A stretch of DNA of 64,000 nt, taken from contig JAFGEO010000118.1 in assembly GCA_016931575.1 (NCBI GenBank), positions 143,457 to 207,456 of the forward strand, written 5' to 3'. Position 1 is the stretch's first letter, and every line of letters starts with the position of its first letter. The notes under the pieces are model-generated. The model was not told where the DNA came from. It did no database searches and saw only the letters and a program-made list of their open reading frames with translations. The stretch is from Bacteroidales bacterium (lineage in GTDB: Bacteria > Bacteroidota > Bacteroidia > Bacteroidales > UBA10428). Position numbers and translations under genes: made by a program. Positions 43,233-52,509 of the stretch are shown here, one piece after another.

Positions 43233-46151
43233 CTAATTGTCTGCTGAAGGCTCGATGATACTTTCTTCATACATTTTCCTGAACTTGTAGTTTTCGTCGA
43301 TAATCACCGTAATGTATAGATAATAGTACTGGTAAGGGTCCTCCTGCTTGCTGCGAATGTAATAATCCATGTAATAGTTAACCTGAACAGCTCCATCTGG
43401 CAAAGGGTTAGCTTTGAAAGTAGCCCAGCGTATTTCGGTTCTTCTGTACCTCCAGCGATCAATGTATTTCCTATAACCGGTCAGGATCTTGTCGACAGGA
43501 TGGTTCATGCTATTGTACCATTGCTCCATCGGATCGTTATAAAAGCTTCTCAGCTTATCAAACTCCTCATTTCTCAATGCATTATAATAGGAAGTAATCA
43601 ATTGAATTAATTCATTTCTGAGCTGTTGTGAACTGGTACTTCGTCCGCTAAACTCTTCGCTGTTCAATAAATTTTCCTCATCTTTTCCCATTATTGGATC
43701 ATTCTTCAGGCATCGTACACTGAAGCGGTTTTCCTTTGGATAGTTTACCCTGGAAATTTCATTAGTCCCCGAAAGTGCCCTAAGCCAGGCATTGGAATAA
43801 CCTGATGGACTGGAGGTCCAGAAAGCTGTGAAACTCCCCATGCTCATGGATATGTTATTGAAAAAGGCACCTGCGGGAAAAGCATTAAAACCGCTTTCGT
43901 TGGAACCTGAGCCATTGTGACTCCAACCGGAACGTGATTTTAGCATCTTCCCCTGGGAGGAACCTCTTTCATTGGACTTGTCAGCATCTGTACGGCTCAT
44001 TCCCAGGAATAATTCCAGTTCCTTCCATTCATCATCGCTTGGCAGATGCCAGCCCTCCGGACAGGCTCCGGAAGCTGATTCCCAGTTGTACAGTCTGCCA
44101 AAGGAATCGCAGAGTTCCCGATGATTATCATAGCATGCTGATCCGGAAATGTTATAATTCAGATTTTCTGCCATCCAGACCTGGCTCCCAATGCGCACCC
44201 ACCGATAGATCTCATGGTCCCTCTGGTCCGGAAAGCTGCCGCTTGTTTCCGGGAGAAGCCTGAGAGTATAGTTATCCTGACCATTTTGTACGCTTTCTGT
44301 ACTCAAGTTGATATGCAGATCCGCGAAATAGTCCTTTTTAAGACTTATTTGATGTTCCGGGTGATCAGCATCCAGCGCGAGAGAGCACGGCGTTATTCCC
44401 ACATTAACACCATCCTGATATACTCCAGCGCCCGAAGGGGTACTCTGGATGCTAATCGACAGTCTCTTTTCCTGAAGGTAAAACTTATATGAACTCCTGG
44501 AGTTTTTGAGGTTTACAGGGGTATCTACAGGAAAATATCCTTCCATATCAAGGCTAAGGATGTATCTTTTAGCTTTAGGTTTAACTCGGAGCAAACAAGG
44601 TGTTTTTCCCTGGTAGATATCATTCAGGCAAACGCTTGCTCCATCTGGAACGCTCCTTACCCTGACAGTTTCCACCCCAAAGAAGAGCGTATACAGGATA
44701 CTGGAGATAATGATCAGCAGCATGATGCTCAGGCTCGCAATGAATTTACCTCTGAGACTCTTTATGCGTGCGATAAGCCAGGCCACGGAGAAGAGGACCA
44801 GTCCACACAGGCTAATGAGGCTCAATACCAGCAGCATCAGAGTGAACTCATTCTGATCGGGTCGATGATTGATCAGGGCCGGTCCATAATATACCATTCC
44901 GAGATATGCCCCGAAAATGAATCCATACAAGGGAACTGGATAGCTGATCGCCGCTATGAGCAGGCATGCCGATGCAGCAAGTATCGTGGAAATCTCAGGC
45001 GGAGAACCTTTAAGCTCCGTCAGTTCGCCGAGGATGTACATCAGGGCCCCTGTCACAATCAGCACCAGCATGTCGAAAGCTTTCCATGAAGTTTTTTTTA
45101 CATTCTGCTTTTCAGAGGTGTCAGCCTTTGCAGGCTTTTTCTTCCGCTTGCCCGGGGTACCCGGTTTGCCGATTTTTTTCTTTGGAGAGACCGGCACCTG
45201 GCTGCTAAAATTCATTTGCCTGAATATCCGTTCCAGCTGCCTGCCGTTGGAGATGCGCTCCTGCGGGTCCTTTTTTAACAGGCCGTTGATGACCTGCTCA
45301 AGAGATTCAGGGATCTGAGGGTTGTAATGTCTGGGAGATACCGGATCTGCATTAACAATTTTGTGAATGACAGTAAGTGGGTTGTCAGCCTTGAAGGGGA
45401 CCCTTCCCGTCAGGCATTCATACATAACAATTCCCAGACTGTAGAAGTCACTCCGGCCATCCACTTCATGCCCCTGGGCTTGCTCAGGGCTCATGTATTC
45501 CGGAGTTCCGATAATGCTACCGGTCTGTGTGAGTTTTGTGCTACTCACGGCATGTGCTATTCCGAAATCAGTTAGCACGGGTTTACCCTGTGAGCTGATA
45601 ATGATGTTGGAACTTTTAATATCCCTGTGGATAATACCCTTTGAATGGGCATGGTCCAGGGCATCCGCCATGGATTTTATAATCCGGACCGTTTCTGCCG
45701 GGTTCAGTGTTCCCCTGTCCCTTATCAGGCTGTGCAGATCTTTGCCTTCAAGGTATTCCATAGCAAGAATATGGGTATCGCTAATCTGGTCAATCTCGAA
45801 CAAGCTGACAATATTCGGATGATTCAGCAGGGAACTAAGTTGTGCCTCTCTGTGGAATCGGTCAACAAACTTATGGTCGTGCACAAGGTTGGTATGCAGA
45901 ACCTTCAATGCAACAATACGGTTCAGCTTTTTATGTTTTGCTTTATAAACCATTGCCATTCCACCCCTGCCAATCTCCTCAAGGATTTCGTAACGGTCAG
46001 CCAGCTGGTTTTTAACCATGCTGAACGAATCGGTATACTTGATCTTTCTGGTTGGATCCGGCCCACTTAGCCATTCACCACAGTGTCTGCATTTCTTTGC
46101 GTTGGCACTGATTTGTTCATCGCAATATGGACAGTGAATGGTTTTTGCCAT
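43233..46151 (-). CDS. multidomain transmembrane Ser/Thr protein kinase (zinc ribbon, kinase, about 5 TM, 2x PEGA, Fib_succ-type domain, NTF2-like tail)
   Basis: CPYCDEQ...CRHCGEW, then kinase motifs GRGGMAMVYKA, VALK, HRDIKSSN, DFG and GTPEYMSPE. A hydrophobic block follows. PEGA-like VPDGASV...GKTPC and TPSGAGV...GITPC. Lectin-like domain IYRWVRIGSQVWMAENLNY...GRLYNW...CPEGWHLPSDDEW...FSVRCLKN. Confidence 0.9.
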   Translation of the reverse strand: MAKTIHCPYCDEQISANAKKCRHCGEWLSGPDPTRKIKYTDSFSMVKNQLADRYEILEEIGRGGMAMVYKAKHKKLNRIVALKVLHTNLVHDHKFVDRFHREAQLSSLLNHPNIVSLFEIDQISDTHILAMEYLEGKDLHSLIRDRGTLNPAETVRIIKSMADALDHAHSKGIIHRDIKSSNIIISSQGKPVLTDFGIAHAVSSTKLTQTGSIIGTPEYMSPEQAQGHEVDGRSDFYSLGIVMYECLTGRVPFKADNPLTVIHKIVNADPVSPRHYNPQIPESLEQVINGLLKKDPQERISNGRQLERIFRQMNFSSQVPVSPKKKIGKPGTPGKRKKKPAKADTSEKQNVKKTSWKAFDMLVLIVTGALMYILGELTELKGSPPEISTILAASACLLIAAISYPVPLYGFIFGAYLGMVYYGPALINHRPDQNEFTLMLLVLSLISLCGLVLFSVAWLIARIKSLRGKFIASLSIMLLIIISSILYTLFFGVETVRVRSVPDGASVCLNDIYQGKTPCLLRVKPKAKRYILSLDMEGYFPVDTPVNLKNSRSSYKFYLQEKRLSISIQSTPSGAGVYQDGVNVGITPCSLALDADHPEHQISLKKDYFADLHINLSTESVQNGQDNYTLRLLPETSGSFPDQRDHEIYRWVRIGSQVWMAENLNYNISGSACYDNHRELCDSFGRLYNWESASGACPEGWHLPSDDEWKELELFLGMSRTDADKSNERGSSQGKMLKSRSGWSHNGSGSNESGFNAFPAGAFFNNISMSMGSFTAFWTSSPSGYSNAWLRALSGTNEISRVNYPKENRFSVRCLKNDPIMGKDEENLLNSEEFSGRSTSSQQLRNELIQLITSYYNALRNEEFDKLRSFYNDPMEQWYNSMNHPVDKILTGYRKYIDRWRYRRTEIRWATFKANPLPDGAVQVNYYMDYYIRSKQEDPYQYYYLYITVIIDENYKFRKMYEESIIEPSADN

Positions 46152-46164
46152 GGTCCGTGGTTTA

Positions 46165-47187
46165 TTAAGGCTTTATTTTTGTCAGGTCAATTACTCCAAA
46201 ATGGGACAGGACCATCATCAGGGCGAAAATGAACAGTAGAATTGCTAACATTAGTTCAATCAAATGCTGCAGCTTCCATTTTCTCAATCCTTTGTTCGCG
46301 GCGTTTTTCTTTCTGATCGTTTTTTGCTGCTCTGTTTTTTCTGTCTCAATGAGTTTGCTTTCATAGGGATTGATCTCATCGGTAGGAGGATAGGGGAAAT
46401 GTTTCAGTCTGAGTTTTTTCCTGGGGTAATCGCCCGTTTCGAATGTGACCACAGTGATGTTATCTCCGGATCCTTCATAGTAAGCATGGCTTATCAGGTC
46501 TTTCACAGCTTGTTCCAGGTTTTCTGATCCTGAAAGGTAATTCGCAAATAAGCGTGAATTTGTATTCGCCTTATCCAGTATCAAGCCATCGGAGCAGAGC
46601 ATAAAAATGGCATTCCTCCCCAGAGTCTGCTGGTCCCTTTCCGGAAAAATGTCCGGTGTATAGCTTCCGCCATCGATGCAACGGGTCAGAAAGTGACTGT
46701 ATTGTCTGATAATTTGTTCGGGGATTATCCTGCCATGCTGTTCCGCATACTCCTCTATGTATGTATGGTCTTTCGAGAGCTGATGGATTGTACCTTCTTT
46801 CAGAAGGTATATCCTGCTGTCTCCGATATTGGAACAGGCAAAGCAAGACTGATGGATCAATACTGTTGACAGTGTAGTCCCCATTCCACTAAGTTCCGGC
46901 TTTTCAGAAGATTCCTGCCGGATGGCTTCCTGGCATTTCCTGTTCAGCTCGATGAGGATATCATCCAATTCTTCAGGACCGACCGGCTTTTGGAAACGTT
47001 CCGTCAGATGATCTCTGGCGGTTTGAATACACAGTGCACTGGCTATTTCGCCACCCTGTATACCCCCCATGCCATCGGCAACTGCCAGGAAAAAGGTTTC
47101 CTCACCAGGTTTGAAAATACAATAGTTATCCTGGTTAGTTTTCCTTCTACCGACAAATGACTGGCCATAATGCTTCATGGTAGTCAT
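46165..47187 (-). CDS. PP2C-family Ser/Thr phosphatase with C-terminal membrane anchor
   Basis: RKTNQDN, VADGMGG, LCSDGL and DNITVV metal-site motifs. C-terminal TM LIELMLAILLFIFALMMVLSHFGV. Confidence 0.88.
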   Translation of the reverse strand: MTTMKHYGQSFVGRRKTNQDNYCIFKPGEETFFLAVADGMGGIQGGEIASALCIQTARDHLTERFQKPVGPEELDDILIELNRKCQEAIRQESSEKPELSGMGTTLSTVLIHQSCFACSNIGDSRIYLLKEGTIHQLSKDHTYIEEYAEQHGRIIPEQIIRQYSHFLTRCIDGGSYTPDIFPERDQQTLGRNAIFMLCSDGLILDKANTNSRLFANYLSGSENLEQAVKDLISHAYYEGSGDNITVVTFETGDYPRKKLRLKHFPYPPTDEINPYESKLIETEKTEQQKTIRKKNAANKGLRKWKLQHLIELMLAILLFIFALMMVLSHFGVIDLTKIKP

Positions 47188-47199
47188 ACGAATGAGGAT

Positions 47200-48183
47200 T
47201 TATACGAGGTACTTGAATTCCAGTTCGCCGGCACGGATTGTCGAGTTAGGCTTTAATTCTACCTCCTCACCGGGTTGAAGTTCCACTCCGTCAACCTGTG
47301 TAAGGTTGGTTTCACTCAGGTTCTTTACAAACAGTTTTCCCTCTTTTGAGATGATTTCAGCCTGCTTTCTCGAAATTGTCTGCTGTTTCAACTGGATGTG
47401 AGAGAAGGCTCTTTCTCCCTTGATCTCCTCTCTTCCAATGGTAACAATGTTCCCTTCAGGGGTCGGGTAGCCGGCAATTTTGAACGATTTGCCCTGGTCC
47501 TCACCGGAGACAATCTTTAATTCACCAGGAATAAATTTCATCGTTTTCGGTGTGGAAACAGCTATCTTAATAGTCTGAAAATCATCTGTAGGGAAGGCTT
47601 CTGCTTTCTCAAGTGTACCTTCCGCTGCTGGTTGACTGTATCCGGCTTCTCTTTCGGCTTTCCTTTTCATTGAAATCAATACGAGAACAACGATCAGTGC
47701 GAGTACAATAAGACCTGCACCTATCAGGATGTAAAGCAGGAGATTGCTCTCCTCATCCTCAGTTTCCTCCCCGTTTACCTCTTTCTTCATGTCGATTCCG
47801 GCAGCTCCCTCTTCAACAGCTCCCAGGTTGGTATTACTCTCAGGTTCTTCTTTTATCATTGTTCTTGTAACCTCGGCAATGGCCATCTTTTTTACCTGGT
47901 CATCATAGATGATGGTGCCGGTAACACGATACCATTTCAGTACCTCGGGTGTTCCTGAACCAGTATAGACACGAATGGTGTTTCCGTAATTGCTTTTAAG
48001 CAGGTAGTATTCGGTTGTTTCGTTTTTGTCAATAATGAATTGCTCCACATACCCTTCAACCTGCACGGATTCAAGCTTGTAATTGTAGGGATTGGTAACA
48101 ATATCATCGATTGTGGTTATTTTCTGGGCTTGTACTGATAACACGCTGAATAGCAGAATGCCCGACAGGAGGAAATGTTTCAT
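47200..48183 (-). CDS. transmembrane FHA-domain protein with extracytoplasmic OB-like N-domain
   Basis: Signal peptide MKHFLLSGILLFSVLSVQAQ and TM LLLYILIGAGLIVLALIVVLVLI. C-terminal FHA (TIGREE...ISRKQAEII...FVKNLSETNLTQVDG). Confidence 0.8.
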   Translation of the reverse strand: MKHFLLSGILLFSVLSVQAQKITTIDDIVTNPYNYKLESVQVEGYVEQFIIDKNETTEYYLLKSNYGNTIRVYTGSGTPEVLKWYRVTGTIIYDDQVKKMAIAEVTRTMIKEEPESNTNLGAVEEGAAGIDMKKEVNGEETEDEESNLLLYILIGAGLIVLALIVVLVLISMKRKAEREAGYSQPAAEGTLEKAEAFPTDDFQTIKIAVSTPKTMKFIPGELKIVSGEDQGKSFKIAGYPTPEGNIVTIGREEIKGERAFSHIQLKQQTISRKQAEIISKEGKLFVKNLSETNLTQVDGVELQPGEEVELKPNSTIRAGELEFKYLV

Positions 48184-48364
48184 GATCTTCAGGATTTGAT
48201 TTGAGGCTTAAGATAGTCATTTTTTTCGAAGGTAAGTCCTGACAAAACTGAAAATGAAAGCTCTCTGCAGGTTCTGAAAAGGCAGACAACCCTTTCCTTA
48301 ACAGGAATATGGTGAGGTCATTAGTTAGAATTTCAATACAATTAATGCCGTATTGTTTCTTGTA

Positions 48365-49543
48365 CTAACGACTCTTACGTATTGCCTGTTCAAAGTCAGC
48401 CAGGATATCATCTATATGTTCCAGACCAATTGATACCCGAATGAGGGATTCGGTAACATTTACGTATTCACGCTCCTCAGGTGTTAGCTTGGAATGAGTG
48501 GTTGTTGCCGGGTGTGTAATGGTGGTCCGGGTATCTCCGAGGTTCGGGGTTAGTGACAACATCTCAAGTTTATCCAGGAACCTGAGGCTCCTTTTCGGTC
48601 CTCCCTTCAGTTCGAAGGATATCATTGCTCCACCGAGTTTCATCTGTTTTCTGGCTAACTCCTGTTGGGGGTGCGATGGAAGGAAGGGGTAACGGACCGA
48701 CTGAATATCTTCCAGTTTATCAAGGTATTCGGCAACTTTTTGTGCATTCGCACAATGGCGGTCCATTCGAACCGCAAGGGTCTCGAGACTTTTAGAAAGG
48801 ATCCATGCATCGAAGGGGGAAAGGGTTGGGCCGATCTGCCTGGAGAGTGAACGTACTTCTGTAATTACGGAACCGGATCCAAGCACTGCGCCACTGATAG
48901 TCCTGCCCTGACCGTCAATAAATTTGGTGCTTGAATGACAGATCAGATGGGCTCCGAATTTGACGGGATTCTGGAGGTATGGACTGGCAAAACTGTTATC
49001 GACTACGAACAGGCAGTTGTTTTCTTTAGCAAGTTTCCCGATAAATTCCAGGTCTGCCAAATCGAGTGCGGGATTTGAGGGGGTCTCAGTGAATAGTAAC
49101 CTGGTCTGAGGCATAATGGCTTCCTCCCAGGCTTCATTATCGTCGATATCAACGTAGCTATGGGTAATTCCCCAGCGGGAAAGGATATTGGTAATAATGA
49201 GGTGTGTTGATCCGAAAAGACTGCGGGAGGATACAATATGGTCTCCCGCTCGCAGGTGCGATGTCAGTGCAAGGAAAATGGCAGACATACCACTCGCCGT
49301 TGCAATTCCGTCCTCCACTCCCTCCAGCAGACACATTTTCTCTATGAATTCATCGGTAGTTGGATTGGAATAGCGGGAATAGATATGTGCATCGATTTCC
49401 TCAGCAAAAGCTGCCCGTGCGGCTTCAGAATTTTTAAAGACAAAACTTGAAGTTTCGAAAATTGGGGTGCTGTGTTCGCCTTGACTGCTTCTATCAGTTT
49501 GCGTACGAATAGCGTCTGTTTCAAAATGTTTGCTCTTCTTCAT
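48365..49543 (-). CDS. PLP-dependent O-acetyl/O-succinylhomoserine sulfhydrylase (Cys/Met-metabolism family)
   Basis: FETDAIRTQ...EHSTPIFETSSFVF N-terminal pattern, YSRYSNPT, and the PLP-lysine context HSSTKFIDGQG. ATG 49543 is preferred over the TTG 49576 track start. Confidence 0.85.
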   Translation of the reverse strand: MKKSKHFETDAIRTQTDRSSQGEHSTPIFETSSFVFKNSEAARAAFAEEIDAHIYSRYSNPTTDEFIEKMCLLEGVEDGIATASGMSAIFLALTSHLRAGDHIVSSRSLFGSTHLIITNILSRWGITHSYVDIDDNEAWEEAIMPQTRLLFTETPSNPALDLADLEFIGKLAKENNCLFVVDNSFASPYLQNPVKFGAHLICHSSTKFIDGQGRTISGAVLGSGSVITEVRSLSRQIGPTLSPFDAWILSKSLETLAVRMDRHCANAQKVAEYLDKLEDIQSVRYPFLPSHPQQELARKQMKLGGAMISFELKGGPKRSLRFLDKLEMLSLTPNLGDTRTTITHPATTTHSKLTPEEREYVNVTESLIRVSIGLEHIDDILADFEQAIRKSR

Positions 49544-49720
49544 AGTAAGTTGTTTAATAACCCCGTTAGTGAACAACTGTCAGGAAGGAAAATGGATACT
49601 GTTTCTTATTTCCTGGTAATCAGTCCCCTTGCCTAATTAGGATTATTTTTCAATGGTTTAGTACGCTAATTTCGTATTTTTAGACCGAGAAATAATCAAC
49701 GAACTAAAAAAATTCGGAAT

Positions 49721-50344
49721 ATGTTTGCAGCTAACGACCTTCCCATTTTGGGAATCCTGAGAAATATTGAGGAGAAAGATATTGCCCCCCTGGTTGAAGT
49801 GTTTATTAAAACCGGGATCAGGCACATTGAAATTACGATGAATACTCCCGGTGCCGAATTACTAATCCGGAAGATGGCCGATGAAGCTAAGGGAAACCTG
49901 GTTGTAGGTGCCGGAACTGTTCTGGATTCGAAAATGTTGTTCTCTGCCCTGGAAAGTGGAGCAAGTTTCATCGTCAGTCCGTCTACTAAAAAAGAAATTG
50001 TTGAATATTGCGTAAATAATTCTGTGCCCGTTTTTCCGGGGGCGCTCACCCCGACAGAGGTTCACATGGCTTGGGATTACGGAGCCACAATGGTTAAATT
50101 ATTTCCCTCCGGAATGTATGGTCCTGGTTATATAAAAGCCCTGAAAGGGCCATTCGACAGCCTGAAGATCATAGCCGTTGGCGGCATTAATGAAGGTAAT
50201 GTTGCCAAATTCATCGCTCATGGTGCAGATGCTGTTGCTTTCGGTGCGGGTATCATTCGCCCGGTCTGGCTGGAGGAGGGAAAATTTGATATCATCACAG
50301 ATAAGATCAGACAGCTGACTACAAATTGCCGGGAAGCCTTATAA
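49721..50344 (+). CDS. eda: KDPG / 4-hydroxy-2-oxoglutarate aldolase
   Basis: 207 aa. ILGILRN, IEITMNTPGA, VGAGTVL, FIVSP and the Schiff-base lysine context MVKLFP. Confidence 0.85.
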   Translation: MFAANDLPILGILRNIEEKDIAPLVEVFIKTGIRHIEITMNTPGAELLIRKMADEAKGNLVVGAGTVLDSKMLFSALESGASFIVSPSTKKEIVEYCVNNSVPVFPGALTPTEVHMAWDYGATMVKLFPSGMYGPGYIKALKGPFDSLKIIAVGGINEGNVAKFIAHGADAVAFGAGIIRPVWLEEGKFDIITDKIRQLTTNCREAL

Positions 50345-50376
50345 CTTAACACCTTACCACCTTACACTCGTGCCTT

Positions 50377-50400
50377 GTCACTTGTCACTTAACAAGTGAC
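50377..50400 (+). terminator. hairpin downstream of eda (terminator candidate without U-tract)
   Basis: gtcacttgt-cactta-acaagtgac, a 9-bp perfect stem 33 nt after the eda stop. Confidence 0.35.
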
Positions 50401-50495
50401 ATCTATCATCCCTCACAGGGGATATAAATTACCGGTGCTCTATAATCTGGTTCAGCTTTTTTCCGTAGAAAGGAGCAGTAGAGGAGGATTTTGTG

Positions 50496-51731
50496 ATGCG
50501 CAGTATGATTAGCAGGCTTAGGATATTCGGGGTGTTGTTCATGATAATCGGGATGCTGAATGCCCAGGAATCACTTATGGATGAGAAAACCAGGACGCTG
50601 CTGGACAGCCTTGATCACCGTGCAGCACATCTTGAATCAGAACTACCTTCCTTACTGGAAAACAAATCGCCAAAATGGTTCTATAAGAAAAGAGAGCTGG
50701 ATTATACCCTATTTCTGAAACATTATCATAGCTACTTGTTTGAAGAAGAGCTGGGAATGGCAGATAAACTTATTGATTCACGGCTGGAGGGGGCTAAAAA
50801 ACGTGGCGATAAGGATGCCATTGATTTTTATCTGGGTTACCAGAAATTGATCGCAGTGAAGAAGTCTGAACACCAGAGACATTACCAACAGCTCTTTGCT
50901 AAGGAAAAAAATTTCCGGAAGGCTTTTATGGTTTTCGTTAAGCAAGGTGATGAATACTCCATGCATCGGGCCATCAGGATGACAGATCTGGCCATTAAGT
51001 ATGCCGAGGAAAAAAAACTCAAGGAGGTACAGGAGTATCTGAATACTTACCGCAATATGGCCCAGGCAGGTCTGCAGGACTTACAGACTGACTACGACCT
51101 AAAGAAAATGACCGATTCGGAAAAGATCTTTTTGGATGTATTTACTTCACTTGTTGAATCAGACAGCCTCGAATCAATTACGGAGGCAGGCAGGCTGGTA
51201 CAGGAATGTTTTACCTATTCGAAACTTTCAAAGTCAACACTTGACACAAGCTATTTCACGCATCAGGCAAAAATTGTCAGGACTTCAATATCGGACTATT
51301 ACGACCGCGAAGGAAATCTTGAGGATCTTGCATTAATGGAAGGTCAATCAATACTGGTCAGGACTGACTCACTAAATCGTGACGGTATCTATAAATGGCA
51401 TGATATGATCCTGGTAATCGGCTATTTTACTCCCGAAGCCAAATTTGTCAACGTACAAAAAGGTGAGGCGGTCATTCAGGCAGACAGGAGACTGATTGAC
51501 TATATCCGTGTCAACCGTCTGGCCAGTATTGGCAAGGACGTGAGCCTGGGGGCAGCAACCATTATCCCCTTTCAAAATACCGAAACGGCCTCACCCTTTA
51601 AGTACAATCCTGAAATAAAAAAATATCAATATATGATTTGCTACAGCCTGGTTGAAAATCAAAAAGTGACCCGGCAAATCACTAAGTTTTTACCTCCGCT
51701 ACTCTTTGATCTTGAATCAGAAAGCCTTTGA
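50496..51731 (+). CDS. hypothetical secreted protein
   Basis: Signal peptide MRSMISRLRIFGVLFMIIGMLNAQ. Helical, Lys/Glu-rich; no motif recognised. Confidence 0.6.
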   Translation: MRSMISRLRIFGVLFMIIGMLNAQESLMDEKTRTLLDSLDHRAAHLESELPSLLENKSPKWFYKKRELDYTLFLKHYHSYLFEEELGMADKLIDSRLEGAKKRGDKDAIDFYLGYQKLIAVKKSEHQRHYQQLFAKEKNFRKAFMVFVKQGDEYSMHRAIRMTDLAIKYAEEKKLKEVQEYLNTYRNMAQAGLQDLQTDYDLKKMTDSEKIFLDVFTSLVESDSLESITEAGRLVQECFTYSKLSKSTLDTSYFTHQAKIVRTSISDYYDREGNLEDLALMEGQSILVRTDSLNRDGIYKWHDMILVIGYFTPEAKFVNVQKGEAVIQADRRLIDYIRVNRLASIGKDVSLGAATIIPFQNTETASPFKYNPEIKKYQYMICYSLVENQKVTRQITKFLPPLLFDLESESL

Positions 51732-51806
51732 TTGGGATGTTTATCTCAGCGGCTAAGCCGTAACTTACAGTTTCTGTAAAACTGATCCGCAACTGGTCAG
51801 GTTTTC

Positions 51807-52352
51807 TTATGATTCTCTGACAAGGTATAGCAGATTATCCTCTACAAGGTAATACAGAGGTACAATCTTGACCTTAGGATATCTTAACCTTAGCCGCTGA
51901 GCTTCACTCAATACAAAATCAATTTCATTGCTGATCTCAAACATAGGGGAGAAGTGCATAAAATGGTCCTCAGCCATTTCTCTTTCCCAACCGGCATTTT
52001 CTACAAGACCATTGATAAAAGCAGCCCGCTTTGAATACAGGTTTACCATACCACAGTGATTATGACCGATCAGGGCAATATGTTTTACCTGCCCGACAGA
52101 AATTGCAAATGAGACCTTAAACTCGCTATGCCTCAGGTTTCCACCCCCGGAACGGATGATAAACGCAAAATTATCAGGGATACGAAGGCTCTTACGATTA
52201 TCCATGCACATACCGATAAGGATTTGAGCCACATCATAATTTTTATGTTCCTTCCCCAGATTATGGTATTCCAGCAATAATCCTATTGGAGTGTTAATGT
52301 AGGTTTCAGGGATATCATTTTCGTTTTGAATTTTTATCAGTCTGTCCATCAC
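51807..52352 (-). CDS. beta-class carbonic anhydrase-like protein
   Basis: Zinc-ligand motifs CMDNR and GHNHCGM with the spacing expected for beta-CA. Confidence 0.7.
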   Translation of the reverse strand: MMDRLIKIQNENDIPETYINTPIGLLLEYHNLGKEHKNYDVAQILIGMCMDNRKSLRIPDNFAFIIRSGGGNLRHSEFKVSFAISVGQVKHIALIGHNHCGMVNLYSKRAAFINGLVENAGWEREMAEDHFMHFSPMFEISNEIDFVLSEAQRLRLRYPKVKIVPLYYLVEDNLLYLVRES

Positions 52353-52450
52353 CTTAAGGTTTTATAATCTTCAGTTGGTAAAGAAAATAATTATTTGGCA
52401 GCTGACTTACCAAAATGACAAAAGTTATTTCTATTTGATTGAATTAAGAG

Positions 52451-52458
52451 TATTTTTG
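52451..52458 (+). promoter_or_regulatory. Bacteroidota-type -7 promoter box (TAnnTTTG)
   Basis: tatttttg lies 52 nt upstream of ATG 52510. Confidence 0.4.
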
Positions 52459-52509
52459 GACTCGAAAATCATGAATTTCTGTATAGTTACCGAAGGACTT
52501 GATACATAC

